Origin: Nitrospirota bacterium
GTDB taxonomy: Bacteria; Nitrospirota; UBA9217
Assembly: GCA_963737155.1 (NCBI GenBank)
Contig: CAVTRN010000002.1
Location: 2,208,001 to 2,272,000, forward strand
DNA: 64,000 bases
Direction of reading: 5' to 3'
Part shown: piece after piece, positions 30,682 through 40,530 of the stretch
Layout of the letters: each line of letters starts with the position of its first letter
Numbering within the stretch: the stretch's first letter is position 1
Program-made: the position numbers and the translations under genes
Notes under the pieces: model-generated
What the model saw: only the letters and a program-made list of their open reading frames with translations
What the model was told of the DNA's origin: nothing
Databases searched by the model: none

Positions 30682-31140
30682 TTACGTTTCCTTGTCGTCA
30701 TTATTGGCACTGTCTTCAAGCCGAGCCTTTATGTTTTTCATGAAGGCCCGACAGACTTCTCCAAGCTTTTCGGATACGACCATGTCCTGAAGAAAAGTGA
30801 AATGACCGGTTACATGTCCTTCAATATGGTAAGTTATTTCCGTTTCTTCGTTGGAGGTTTTGCGGAAAGTAACGATGCCAGACGTTAGAAGGTGCTCTCC
30901 GGTCGCATTCCAGGATAGCCGTTCGTTCTCGATCATTTCCGTAGTATGGGCATTCATTTCGATAAGACGGCTAAATGGCCCCAGCGACATCTTAATTGTC
31001 CAAACTGAATCGAAATCGTTCAAAATTTTTACGCCTTTGCATCCCGGGAAGAGGCACCCGACTTCACGACGGTCTATCATAAAAGACCAGACACTTTTGA
31101 TTGGTAGGCTGATGACGAAAGTAATTTCTTTTTTCGGCAT
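30682..31140 (-). CDS. SRPBCC/CoxG-family (START-like) protein
   Basis: VWSFMID..VGCLFPGC pattern typical of CoxG. Confidence 0.8.
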   Translation of the reverse strand: MPKKEITFVISLPIKSVWSFMIDRREVGCLFPGCKGVKILNDFDSVWTIKMSLGPFSRLIEMNAHTTEMIENERLSWNATGEHLLTSGIVTFRKTSNEETEITYHIEGHVTGHFTFLQDMVVSEKLGEVCRAFMKNIKARLEDSANNDDKET

Positions 31141-31181
31141 ATATTTCCCCTCGCTGGAGATTGGTTTTAAATTGGTCCCTA

Positions 31182-32462
31182 CTACTCCAGCCCTTTCCCC
31201 ATAGCCTTGGCGAGTCGCGCTTCCGAAATCTGGTAATCATAGAGGGCCTGCACATAGTCAATTTCAGCCTTTGCCGCGGCAACTCGAGCATCCGTTACTT
31301 CCAACGAAGGCCCAATGCCGGCATCGTACCTGCCCTCGGCCAGTTCGAGGCTCTCCCGGGCATTCTTAAGTGAAATGTCCATGACGCCAATGCGCGTCGC
31401 CGCGCTTTCGAAATCAGCGAAAGCCTGGTTAACGTCAAATAGGATCGACTGCCTGAGCGTGTCTCTCTGAGCTTCTAGTGCACGCTGGTTTGCCATAGCT
31501 TCGCTAACTTTGGCGTTCGTCAGCCCCCCCTCGAAGAGAGACATCGTCAGCGTTATCCCTGCGTTCCAGCTGTTCTGGATCTCACCCTTGAAAGGCCCCA
31601 TTTCCGCAATCCCGCTGGCCCAATTGTACGCCCCGCCAACTGACAGCGTCGGCAGATAATTCGTTTTCTCTGCCCTGACTCGGGCCCGGGCAGCTTGAAT
31701 ATCGTCATCCACCTTCAGCATTTCAGGCCGGTTTTTCAGGGCCTCTGAACTAGCCTGCTCCAGCGAAGGCGCAGCTGCGGGCTGAGAAAGAATGTCTTCT
31801 ATCTCAATGGTACGTTCCGGATCAACACCCATAGCGTTGTAGAGCTTAATAGTTTTCAGACGCACACTATTCTGAGCATTGATTAGATCGAGCCGTGAGC
31901 TGTTAACATCCACTTCCGCCCGGGTTACATCAAAGCGAGGTTTGGAGCCGTCCCGAAAAAAGGCCTCGGCCTGCCTCTGGTGCCCCTCAGCCTGTGCAAG
32001 CGTCTGCTCCACGACGCCGACCAGTTTCTCAGCTTGAAGAAGTGCGAAGTAGGATTGCCTTACATCCAGAATTACGTCCTGGACAACACGGTTCAGATCC
32101 ATCTCTTCCGCTTGGGTACCAAAAATTGCCGCGTCACGCGTATTGCCCGTTTTTCCAAAATCATACACGATTTGATTCAACGACAATGTCGTCGTGTAAC
32201 CCTTGGTAATCGCTTCGCCGAATGCTCCTCCCAACTGCCGGTCTTCCGAGTAGCCCGTGCTTGCCTGTACCTGTGGCAGATAGGACGCCGTTACCTGGTT
32301 TATGCGGTCATTTCCTGCATTTAAGCCTTCCTGTGCCGATCGTATGGACGGATTGTTTTCGAGCGCTTTTTGAATACATTCGTGGAGGGTAAGTTTGGTT
32401 CCAGCAAACGCTAAAATAGGCAGAAACGCTAAAAGGGCCAGTATGAGAATCCGTTTCCCCAT
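31182..32462 (-). CDS. TolC-family outer membrane efflux protein
   Basis: Signal peptide MGKRILILALL, ALENNP, YLPQV, YDFG, RYDAG. Confidence 0.93.
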   Translation of the reverse strand: MGKRILILALLAFLPILAFAGTKLTLHECIQKALENNPSIRSAQEGLNAGNDRINQVTASYLPQVQASTGYSEDRQLGGAFGEAITKGYTTTLSLNQIVYDFGKTGNTRDAAIFGTQAEEMDLNRVVQDVILDVRQSYFALLQAEKLVGVVEQTLAQAEGHQRQAEAFFRDGSKPRFDVTRAEVDVNSSRLDLINAQNSVRLKTIKLYNAMGVDPERTIEIEDILSQPAAAPSLEQASSEALKNRPEMLKVDDDIQAARARVRAEKTNYLPTLSVGGAYNWASGIAEMGPFKGEIQNSWNAGITLTMSLFEGGLTNAKVSEAMANQRALEAQRDTLRQSILFDVNQAFADFESAATRIGVMDISLKNARESLELAEGRYDAGIGPSLEVTDARVAAAKAEIDYVQALYDYQISEARLAKAMGKGLE

Positions 32463-32526
32463 AATTATCTTTGTTCTCTTGCCGTGTACTGATATGGCCC
32501 GGCAGGGTAAATACGCACAAGCCCTG

Positions 32527-33126
32527 TCATCGAGTATACCTGAGCATAAGTTCCATGGCCGCCCCCGCAAGAACCGGGATCGCAAGATTATCATTCACCG
32601 AAAAAGGCAGGAGCTCAACTCCGGCAGCGATGAATGTACCAAAAATCATCACCCAGATGTTTAAGTGCAGTCCGAGAAGAATCAGCAGAAAGCCCGCCAG
32701 GATAGCGGCAACGATAAATGCCGTGGTTCCCTCCAAGCTCTTATTACCTATCTTTGTCCTGCCATACCGTTCTCCGACCGTCGTTGCCGCCACATCACCA
32801 AAGGCAAGAAAACAGATGGCTGCTGAAGCAACCTCGGGAGAAAAAGCATACAATGAAAGGCCAACGCCTAGAATATAGGGGATTATGCCAGTCAGCTTCT
32901 TTCCCTCATTTTCACGGACAAAACTTCCGAAATGACTGTATAGAAACCTGTTCCAAGCAGGTATTTTTAGCCGTGCGATCTCAACCAGAAGAACGATGAT
33001 GACAGATGCTCCATAAAAAGTGAGGGCCCTATTCCTGCCAAATATGAAATAGAGAGAAAGGAGGCCGAGCCCCCCAAATAGATGAAACAGCTTACGTCCC
33101 CTATGTTTCATGCGTTTGATTTGCAT
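32527..33126 (-). CDS. CTP-dependent polyprenol/diacylglycerol kinase family membrane protein
   Basis: RKLFH, GDVAATTVGERYG, KSLEG, DNLAIP. Confidence 0.85.
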   Translation of the reverse strand: MQIKRMKHRGRKLFHLFGGLGLLSLYFIFGRNRALTFYGASVIIVLLVEIARLKIPAWNRFLYSHFGSFVRENEGKKLTGIIPYILGVGLSLYAFSPEVASAAICFLAFGDVAATTVGERYGRTKIGNKSLEGTTAFIVAAILAGFLLILLGLHLNIWVMIFGTFIAAGVELLPFSVNDNLAIPVLAGAAMELMLRYTR

Positions 33127-33210
33127 CCTATTCTGGTTTGAAATCCTATGCGAAAATATCGAGAAGGAGAAATGACTCGGCTTTCCCCGGCACCGAAGGC
33201 CAAACATACG

Positions 33211-34203
33211 TCAATGATTGTGACGATTTGTGCTGGGTAGACTGCATACCGCGGCCGTATCACATCTTTCGCATTCGAGCTGGATGGTACTGTGAAGAAT
33301 GTTGAACTCCCTGGCCAAGAGATCCTTGATTTCATCACTAATATTCCTGCTACCGCTGACCAACTGGTCATCGACCAGAACATGTGCACTCATGGCATAG
33401 ACTCCAGAGGTGATAGTCCAGATATGGATATGATAGGCTTCGCGCACACCTGCGATCTTGGCCATTTCAGTAGCAACTGTCTCAACATTAATATGGGACG
33501 GCACGGCTTCAAGCAAGATGTTCACCGATTCTGTAACGAGGCTCCACGAGCCATAGATGATCACCAGCGAGATCAGCATGCTGAGGACGGGGTCTATCAG
33601 ATACCATCCCGTATAGATAATGATACCGCCGCCAATCACCACCCCCACCGATGAAAGAGCGTCCCCCAGAATATGAAGATAGGCTCCCCGTATGTTGAGA
33701 CTGCTATGGCTGTGCTTAAAGAGAAATAAAGCGCCGATGATGTTTGCGATGAGGCCGATTAGAGCCACAATTAGCATCAGTCCGCCTTGAACCGGTTGGG
33801 GGTGGACTAGGCGCTGATATGCTTCATATACAATATAGATTGAAATAATTACGAGGATTATCCCATTCAGTAGCGCTGCCAGAATTTCAAGCCGATAGAA
33901 CCCGAAGGTCTTCCGCTCCGTTGCCGGCATGGTGGAAAATTTCATAGCGAATAACGACAACAAGAGCGCCAGATTGTCGGTTAGCATATGCCCAGCATCG
34001 GAGAGTAGCGCTAGGCTGTTCGATAGTACCCCGCCCACAGCTTCAACTAGCATCATAAGGACCGTGATGGACAGTGCAATTAAGAGATCTCGCGTACCTC
34101 CTCCCGATGCTGACCGCACATCATGATCATGGCCACGGCTGTGTTCTACATCATGTTTATGGTCATGTTCGTGGTATTCGCCATTTGTGTGTATTATAGA
34201 CAT
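33211..34203 (-). CDS. czcD: cation diffusion facilitator (CzcD/ZitB-like)
   Basis: His-rich N-terminus, SLALLSDAGHMLTD, TFGFYRLE, GAYLHILGD, HSTIQLE. Confidence 0.93.
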   Translation of the reverse strand: MSIIHTNGEYHEHDHKHDVEHSRGHDHDVRSASGGGTRDLLIALSITVLMMLVEAVGGVLSNSLALLSDAGHMLTDNLALLLSLFAMKFSTMPATERKTFGFYRLEILAALLNGIILVIISIYIVYEAYQRLVHPQPVQGGLMLIVALIGLIANIIGALFLFKHSHSSLNIRGAYLHILGDALSSVGVVIGGGIIIYTGWYLIDPVLSMLISLVIIYGSWSLVTESVNILLEAVPSHINVETVATEMAKIAGVREAYHIHIWTITSGVYAMSAHVLVDDQLVSGSRNISDEIKDLLAREFNILHSTIQLECERCDTAAVCSLPSTNRHNH

Positions 34204-34232
34204 GAAAACCCTACTCCCCGAGTAATCTGGCT

Positions 34233-35045
34233 TTATGAGAAGAACCGAAGTCCCTTGACCGGTTCTATAGCCCCAATTTCCGCAGCGTAGTCATAAAAGG
34301 TCAAAAGACCACTTCGCTCCTCTTCATTAAAATTATAGCTGAATAATTCCCAGTATGCGAGGAGCACTTCAGAGGGGAGGTTGAACCGGTTTGTGGATTC
34401 TTTGGCAAGCTCCTTGAGATGCGATATCCCATACGCTTTTGACTCCATGAGGACATCATACAACCGACCGAGCTCTTTGTGAACATTTTTTCTGACCTTT
34501 ACCTGCCAGAGTGCAAAAACAAAAGGTAAGCCAGTATATTCATGCCAGAGCCAGCCTAAATCGTATTGGTGGGCGTAGGTCGTGGACATCGACCGCTGAA
34601 TCGCCAGATCACCAATTGTCAGCATTGCATCAGCCCGTCCAGAGGGGTCATCGACTCCCTGCTCGTAAAGAATGTACCGGGGGCTCACACCGTAGCGCAA
34701 TTCAAGAAGGATGCGTAGTAGCACGACCGACGTGGCGGAGGCTGTTGTCATCGCTACAATCTTGTCATTTAGCTCCTCGATCGGGACGGTGCTTTCAAGC
34801 AAAATACTTCTGACTTTAGTTTTCGAGGTTATGGACAGGTCGGGCAGAAGAAGGTAGTGCCCCGGATTTACCGCATATTCGATTGACGAAGAGGGTGATA
34901 CATCTATAGAACCCTCATCCAGCATGCGATTCAATTGGGTCGGAATGCCCTCGACAAGTTTGAAGGAGAACGGGACCTTCTGCAGCACGATTCCCGCATG
35001 GGGAGGGAAACAGTTGGAATAAATGATATGACCGAGTTTGAGCAT
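34233..35045 (-). CDS. mqnA: chorismate dehydratase-like menaquinone biosynthesis protein (MqnA/MqnD family)
   Basis: GHIIYSNCFP, SSSIEY, SATSVVLL, IGDLA, DLG..W...TGLPFVFALW. Confidence 0.85.
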   Translation of the reverse strand: MLKLGHIIYSNCFPPHAGIVLQKVPFSFKLVEGIPTQLNRMLDEGSIDVSPSSSIEYAVNPGHYLLLPDLSITSKTKVRSILLESTVPIEELNDKIVAMTTASATSVVLLRILLELRYGVSPRYILYEQGVDDPSGRADAMLTIGDLAIQRSMSTTYAHQYDLGWLWHEYTGLPFVFALWQVKVRKNVHKELGRLYDVLMESKAYGISHLKELAKESTNRFNLPSEVLLAYWELFSYNFNEEERSGLLTFYDYAAEIGAIEPVKGLRFFS

Positions 35046-35080
35046 AAAGAATTTTCGGATGGAACCGCGTTTTTTCGCAG

Positions 35081-35188
35081 TTATGCATCTCCCTTTCTTT
35101 GTCTCACAAAATCTTCCAGATCATCCACAGGCGTGTAGGCCAACGGGATAACAATGATAGTGAGCAGCGTTGAGTCAATAATACCACC
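35081..35188 (-). pseudogene. 3' remnant of an RND (AcrB/CzcA-type) permease
   Basis: GGIIDSTLLTIIVIPLAYTPVDDLEDF..* matches the last-TM consensus GGLxxSTLLTLxVxPxxY. Confidence 0.7.
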
Positions 35189-35337
35189 ATGGCAAGGCTC
35201 ATCGTCGCTCTAGATTTTAAATATTTCGAAGACCGCACAGCGGGATATTTTCAAGAAATATCCAACTGCTACATTTTTCATCCGTATCATTTTATTTCGG
35301 TGCTTATATTTCCCGATTTCTTTCGGCGCGCCACTGG

Positions 35338-36048
35338 TTAGACTTTCTTAACATAAATCTCTTTTGTAATATCCTTGTCCACTGCAATCATTGTCTCGCC
35401 GAGCTGGATCACATAGGACGGTCTTTTCTGGTGAAGCTTTACCACGCTTCCTGGCACCACACCCATGGCGGACAACCGATCAAGGCGTGAATGGGATCCC
35501 GGAGTAATAAACACAATCTTGGCCTGTTCTCCCGGCGCCAAATCCGCAAGCGGCGCCACGAGCGGTTTCATCTCCTGATGGAACATAGCGCAGCATTCTC
35601 CTCTCGGTATTGGCTTTCCATCAGGAGAATTTGGCGGATGTCCCAGAAGGGTGCAGACGCTGTCTGTTACCTCCGGTGAGAGGATATGTTCGAACTTGCA
35701 GGCTTCAGCTTCAGCGCCATCCAGGGCGAATAGGTCATAGAACAATCGAAGCGAGAGACGATGACGGCGGACAAGCTCACGCGCTCTTTTCTCTCCTTTG
35801 GGAAGCAGCTCCACGGCCTGTCCTTTACTGTCGATCCACCCGTTTTTGGCCAGGTCTTTCAGAATTGTCTCACATTCCAGAAGGCTGCAGCTTTGGATAA
35901 TCTGGTCCAGAGCCAGCTTTCCTTCCTCCCGCAGAGTCCATATGATTTCAAAGAGTTCATCTTCTTTCTCAATCTCGGGCAGCACACACAGCGCAGGGTG
36001 TCCCGCCTGGCCTTCTATACCCTGCATTCTTTTTTTGATCTCAGCCAT
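35338..36048 (-). CDS. DtxR/IdeR-family metal-dependent regulator with C-terminal FeoA domain
   Basis: LVRRHRL, EACKFEH, LGHP..SPDGKPIP, FeoA-like RLSAMGVVPG. Confidence 0.88.
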   Translation of the reverse strand: MAEIKKRMQGIEGQAGHPALCVLPEIEKEDELFEIIWTLREEGKLALDQIIQSCSLLECETILKDLAKNGWIDSKGQAVELLPKGEKRARELVRRHRLSLRLFYDLFALDGAEAEACKFEHILSPEVTDSVCTLLGHPPNSPDGKPIPRGECCAMFHQEMKPLVAPLADLAPGEQAKIVFITPGSHSRLDRLSAMGVVPGSVVKLHQKRPSYVIQLGETMIAVDKDITKEIYVKKV

Positions 36049-36152
36049 GGTTCACCTCTTTCTTTCACATAGCATATCGGATCACTGTATAGTACGCGTT
36101 TCAGCCTATGGCTTATTGCCGTTGGATCACCACTGCTCTAGGGCGGGTTTAG

Positions 36153-38138
36153 CTACAAAGCGACTTTAAACGTTCTCAGAATCCAGTTCATTGCACCTCC
36201 AACGGCAAAAGCAAAGGGGAAGATAAACGCCACCATGTAAAGCGCTACTTTAATGCCTTGCTCTTTTACCATCACGAAAAAGTTAGCAATACAAGGCACG
36301 AAGAGCGTGACGACTATAAGGCTAACAACTGTCTGTATGGGATCGAGCATGCCGCGCTTGGCCAACACAAACAGACCCGCGGCGCCGTAATCCCGGCGCA
36401 GGAAACCGATGACCAGCGCCTCGGTTGCCTTGCTCGGCAATCCCAAAAAGCCGACGACAATCGGATCAGCCAATTTTTGGATGTAGAGCAAAGCCCCGAG
36501 CTTGTCAGCTGTGAAAAGAATTAATGTCCCGAGAATAAAAAGCGGAACCGCTTCCTTTAAATACCATTGCACCCGGGCCAGAGTCTTGATCAGGATATTG
36601 GTCATCTGAGGCACCCGGATCGGTGGTAGTTCGAGGACAAAGTCCGATGGCTCTCCAGGGAGTACTTTCGCTGCAAGGTAGCCGACAAGAAACATGACAC
36701 CAACCAATGTGCCAAGCCAAATGAAAGTTGCAAAGGCTGAAATGCCGGAAACCATGCCCAAAACGACGCCAAGTTGTGCCGAACAGGGAACGACAAGGGC
36801 CAAGAGGAACGTTACAAGCATTCTCTCTTTTTTGGTCTCCAGGATTCGAGTGGTGAGTGTCGCCATAGTATCGCAGCCTAACCCCAAAATCATCGGGAGC
36901 ACGGCCTTTCCGTTTAAGCCCATGATTTTGAATACCTTGTTTACCATCACCGCGAGTCTCGGCAGATACCCCGAATCCTCAAGGAGGCCAAAGGCGAAAA
37001 AGAAAAAACCGACGATCGGCAACACAATTGCGATCGCATAGGTTAATGCCATAGTTACCAAGCCGTAGTCGCCAATGATGAGTTCCTGCAAAAAAGGAAT
37101 CGGGAGGACATAATGTATGATTTTAGCGGCCCAGACGTTCAAATACTGGCCAAAGACAGTCTTTTCAAGAAAATTGACCACCGTTCCTGCTCCCAGTACA
37201 CCTACGAATTGATAAACGGCGTACAACACGACAAGAAGAATCGGGATGCCATAGAGCGGATGCATCGACCACTTCCCTAAGTGGAAGGCAATAGCGGAAC
37301 TTTTCCCGGATTCGTATCGAGTCATGACCTGTGCCAGCAATTCGTCGGCCTTTTTCATTCTTCGCTGGTTGATAAGATAGCCCAGGGAGTTATTGAACTT
37401 CGATTGGACATCCTGTCGGATTCTTTCAATCTCGGCAATCACATGGTCTTGCAATTTCGCATGCAACCACCCCTTGAGACTCTCATCTCCGGCGAGAATC
37501 ATAAGCGCAAGGGAGCGCCCGGCTATGTAGGATGACGGCAGGAGAGCGGCGATATCCCTCACGCCACCCTCGATGGAAGCATCATACCGTACCTCGATTG
37601 CCGACGGCCGTGGATGCTGAATTTCTTTGAGAAGCTTATCTATTCCGCTCTTCCGGATGGCAACTGTCTTCACGACCTCGATGCCCAGAATCGCGGAAAG
37701 CTTGTCCTGATCAATAAAAATCCCGCGACTTTTTGCTTCGTCGTCCATGTTGAGGTCGAGGATGAAAGGAACTTCCATCTCCGCAAGCTGAATCGTGATG
37801 AGGAGTCCGCGGCGCAGATTCTTGGTGTCCGCCACCTGGACTACAACCCCTGCCTTATCTGTCAGAAGGATGTCCCTTGTAACCTTTTCGTCTTCTGACA
37901 TGGGCACGAGGCTGTTCACACCTGGGGTATCGATCACGATGGAGCGGGTTTTATTCAATGTTGCGTTGCCATAGGTGACCTCGACCGTAGTTCCCGGATA
38001 GTTGGAAACAGTAACGTATTTGCCCGTAAGCAGCCCAAAAAGTGCGCTTTTCCCGACATTGGGATTCCCAATGAGAATAACTTTATCCAACGGGGAGTCT
38101 CGATGCCTCTCCCCTTTGCCTGAACCATGGATGTGCAT
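36153..38138 (-). CDS. feoB: ferrous iron transporter B
   Basis: GNPNVGKS, NYPGTTV, DTPG, NMDD, LEDSGY, GLGC, PCSAQ; start at MHIHG with GGAGG RBS. Confidence 0.96.
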   Translation of the reverse strand: MHIHGSGKGERHRDSPLDKVILIGNPNVGKSALFGLLTGKYVTVSNYPGTTVEVTYGNATLNKTRSIVIDTPGVNSLVPMSEDEKVTRDILLTDKAGVVVQVADTKNLRRGLLITIQLAEMEVPFILDLNMDDEAKSRGIFIDQDKLSAILGIEVVKTVAIRKSGIDKLLKEIQHPRPSAIEVRYDASIEGGVRDIAALLPSSYIAGRSLALMILAGDESLKGWLHAKLQDHVIAEIERIRQDVQSKFNNSLGYLINQRRMKKADELLAQVMTRYESGKSSAIAFHLGKWSMHPLYGIPILLVVLYAVYQFVGVLGAGTVVNFLEKTVFGQYLNVWAAKIIHYVLPIPFLQELIIGDYGLVTMALTYAIAIVLPIVGFFFFAFGLLEDSGYLPRLAVMVNKVFKIMGLNGKAVLPMILGLGCDTMATLTTRILETKKERMLVTFLLALVVPCSAQLGVVLGMVSGISAFATFIWLGTLVGVMFLVGYLAAKVLPGEPSDFVLELPPIRVPQMTNILIKTLARVQWYLKEAVPLFILGTLILFTADKLGALLYIQKLADPIVVGFLGLPSKATEALVIGFLRRDYGAAGLFVLAKRGMLDPIQTVVSLIVVTLFVPCIANFFVMVKEQGIKVALYMVAFIFPFAFAVGGAMNWILRTFKVAL

Positions 38139-38180
38139 TCTGCTTTTGTCCTCCAGCATAATAAGCAAATATGTTGTATT

Positions 38181-38216
38181 TTGACATGTTCCCCGTGGCT
38201 AGAGCCAGGAGATCTC
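38181..38216 (-). mobile_element. orphan IS605-type right end (omega-RNA 3' hairpin)
   Basis: Minus strand GAGATCTCCTGGCTCTAGCCACGGGGAACATGTCAA. Confidence 0.7.
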
Positions 38217-38410
38217 TTGACGCTAAAGCGTTCGGCAAACACATCGTCGGCCCTGTTTGCCGCAATCATTTTGTTGCGTAATACCCTTAAAAGAAGCGAT
38301 TTCGTATCAGCTGGAATTGCCGTAGAATTACGACACCAACAATAGCCTAGGAACTGATGATGTTTGAAGTTATCCGGATTCGGTCTACGACGTACCTGCA
38401 TGGTCCGCGA

Positions 38411-38851
38411 CTATCTCTTCTTCTGACAACGGGCACAAAGACCGTAAAGCTCCAGCTTGTGACTTTGCACCATAAATTTATTTTTTCGTGCCACGTCCTG
38501 CTGGAGCACCTCGATACGCTCATTTTCAAACTCCAGGATCGTTCCGCATTGCGTGCAGATCAGGTGATCATGGTGATGCCCAAATGCCTTGAACTCGTAC
38601 CGGGTAAACCCATCCTCGAAGCGTCTCTCGTCCGCAAGACCGGCTTCTTCCAATAACTTCAAGGTCCGGTAGACAGTCGCATAACCGATGCCTGGATGAA
38701 CTTCTTTTACGCGCAGATACAGTTCTTCGGCACTCAGGTGCTGACCCGCGTCGACAAATATTTTCAGAATTTTATCCCGTTGGGTAGTCGATCGAAGCCC
38801 CTGCCCAGACAGGTATGCAGAAAGCTGTTCAATGGCGGCTTGTTTTTTCAT
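38411..38851 (-). CDS. fur: ferric uptake regulator
   Basis: HLSAEEL, ATVYRTL, HHHDHLICTQCG, LYGLCARC. Confidence 0.96.
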   Translation of the reverse strand: MKKQAAIEQLSAYLSGQGLRSTTQRDKILKIFVDAGQHLSAEELYLRVKEVHPGIGYATVYRTLKLLEEAGLADERRFEDGFTRYEFKAFGHHHDHLICTQCGTILEFENERIEVLQQDVARKNKFMVQSHKLELYGLCARCQKKR

Positions 38852-38855
38852 ACTT

Positions 38856-38912
38856 GATATTGATAACCATTTTCAATTTATCCTTTATACCATTTAACCT
38901 TGCACCCGTCAA
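38856..38912 (-). promoter_or_regulatory. fur promoter with Fur box
   Basis: TTGACG(38912-38907)-N17-TATAAA(38889-38884); GATATTGATAACCATTTTC at 38856-38874 matches GATAATGATAATCATTATC at 16/19. Confidence 0.85.
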
Positions 38913-38935
38913 GCGATTTTTCGGGGATGTACAAA

Positions 38936-38971
38936 TAAAACAAGGCTGCCTCTTTCATCGGGCAGCCTCGA
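38936..38971 (-). terminator. terminator upstream of the fur promoter
   Basis: Minus strand AGGCTGCC-loop-GGCAGCCT followed by TGTTTTT. Confidence 0.6.
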
Positions 38972-39397
38972 ACGTATTGTGCGCTTTTTTAAAAGAAACC
39001 TCTCTCGTCAATTTCTTAAAATGACATTTTTATCACTCCCAGGCCTATTTTTTTACTCATTTTTCAGAATCAGTTTTAGGGTTAAAATCTGGGGCTTCGC
39101 GGGGATATACGGGAACGAGATGCCGATCTACTACGTTTTTTTACGGTTGTCGTTCACTCACCCATCGACGCTTCATGAAAAGGAAGGAGTTCATAGGGCG
39201 CGGAATTTTTTGGTTTCGTTGCCCTCTCACCAAATTTTATCTCGTCTCCCCGTAGATTTTCAACATAGACAATTCCGTAATAGATTTTGACCAGAGCGTT
39301 TTAATGCTCTCCTATGGTTGCCCAGCACTCAATGGGGTATTGCCTTTTTTAGAATGGCGAATTTTTTGACAAGTTCATTTACTCAGCGCCATACGGT

Positions 39398-40273
39398 TTA
39401 GTCTATCACGAGGATGACCCTGCACTTCTCAAGCATGCTCAGATTTTGCGCAGCGCTCTGGAGGGCGGTGGCATCGGCATTGCTGATCGTGAGGTCAGCA
39501 CGGGCACCGCCGGACACTTTGACGGCTTTTACTAGAAGCGGCTTGTCCGCTACGCGGGGGTTAGTCTGCGCCGCATTGAGATCTTTGAGATACTCCGCCA
39601 TTCCTTCACGCACAGCATAGTCCCGGCTGATAGTGGCCGATCCGTAGATTTCCTTGCCGTCCTCGTTCATGATCTTTGGGGCCATTGCCGGCCTCACGTC
39701 GAGACCGCGAGCATCCACGATCAGGCCGGTGTAGAGCTGGCCATCGACATCCGCAGGAGGTGCTGTCGCCCCGGCCTGAAATGTCACCGAAGATTTCGTC
39801 ATAGGCGCCGTCTTCGTCAAAAATTCATCAGCGAGAGCGCCGGTAAGCTTCATTCCAACTGTAATCTCTACAGAACCGTCAGACATATATTTCTTGTCCA
39901 TCATCGTCGCACCTTGGATGATTCCGTTGATATCAGTTCGAATCACATCGCTCGTCTCAATGAAATTCTCGACCGTAGTCGTTGAATTAATCCGAACCCC
40001 TTTCACAGCATCGAGAAGGTTTCGATAGGCGGAAACCTGGGCCGCGCGCTCTGCCATTGCCCGCGCCTGTGTTGCATTCGCCAGCTGCGCCGGTGGAGCT
40101 CCGATACCCACAGCAGTGATAACACTGGTTGTCCAGTCTACCTCTCCTGACGAACCGCTCGGCTCAATGACATCCTTAACTCTGCCCACCAGTTGGGCTG
40201 ATGCACTGCCTACCGCTAAGACCAAAGAAGAGATGATGATTAATGCCAAAAACGCCGTTCCTCTAAGAGGCAT
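39398..40273 (-). CDS. exported LPP20-like domain protein
   Basis: Signal peptide, VDW..AVGIGAPP, ARAMAERAA..AYRNL, YTGLIVDARG; AAGGAGG RBS. Confidence 0.75.
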   Translation of the reverse strand: MPLRGTAFLALIIISSLVLAVGSASAQLVGRVKDVIEPSGSSGEVDWTTSVITAVGIGAPPAQLANATQARAMAERAAQVSAYRNLLDAVKGVRINSTTTVENFIETSDVIRTDINGIIQGATMMDKKYMSDGSVEITVGMKLTGALADEFLTKTAPMTKSSVTFQAGATAPPADVDGQLYTGLIVDARGLDVRPAMAPKIMNEDGKEIYGSATISRDYAVREGMAEYLKDLNAAQTNPRVADKPLLVKAVKVSGGARADLTISNADATALQSAAQNLSMLEKCRVILVID

Positions 40274-40416
40274 AATATTCCTCCTTCATGCAGGATTATT
40301 AATAAGATATGTTTGATAAGACAAGTAAAGTTGATCGAAATGAATACTGGTCTTCACTTCCTTTGAGAATTCTGAAGACAAGTTTATATTCTTTGTTTTC
40401 TTTAGGAAAGTACTGT

Positions 40417-40530
40417 TTGATGTTCTCGTAAGAAGTCAAAAAACAGCAAAAATGATTTCCTAACTCATTGCATTTACAAGGTGCATTTTCCAGGAAAAGG
40501 CCCTTTTCGGACTTTTTACGGGACCATCAA
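40417..40530. repeat. 114-bp MITE-like element with 21-bp imperfect terminal inverted repeats
   Basis: TTGATGTTCTCGTAAGAAGTC ... GACTTTTTACGGGACCATCAA, 18/21 complementary. Confidence 0.75.

Noticed and set aside
38979-39390. 103-aa ORF or IS remnant upstream of fur
   Set aside because: No homology cues and no matching terminal repeats found.
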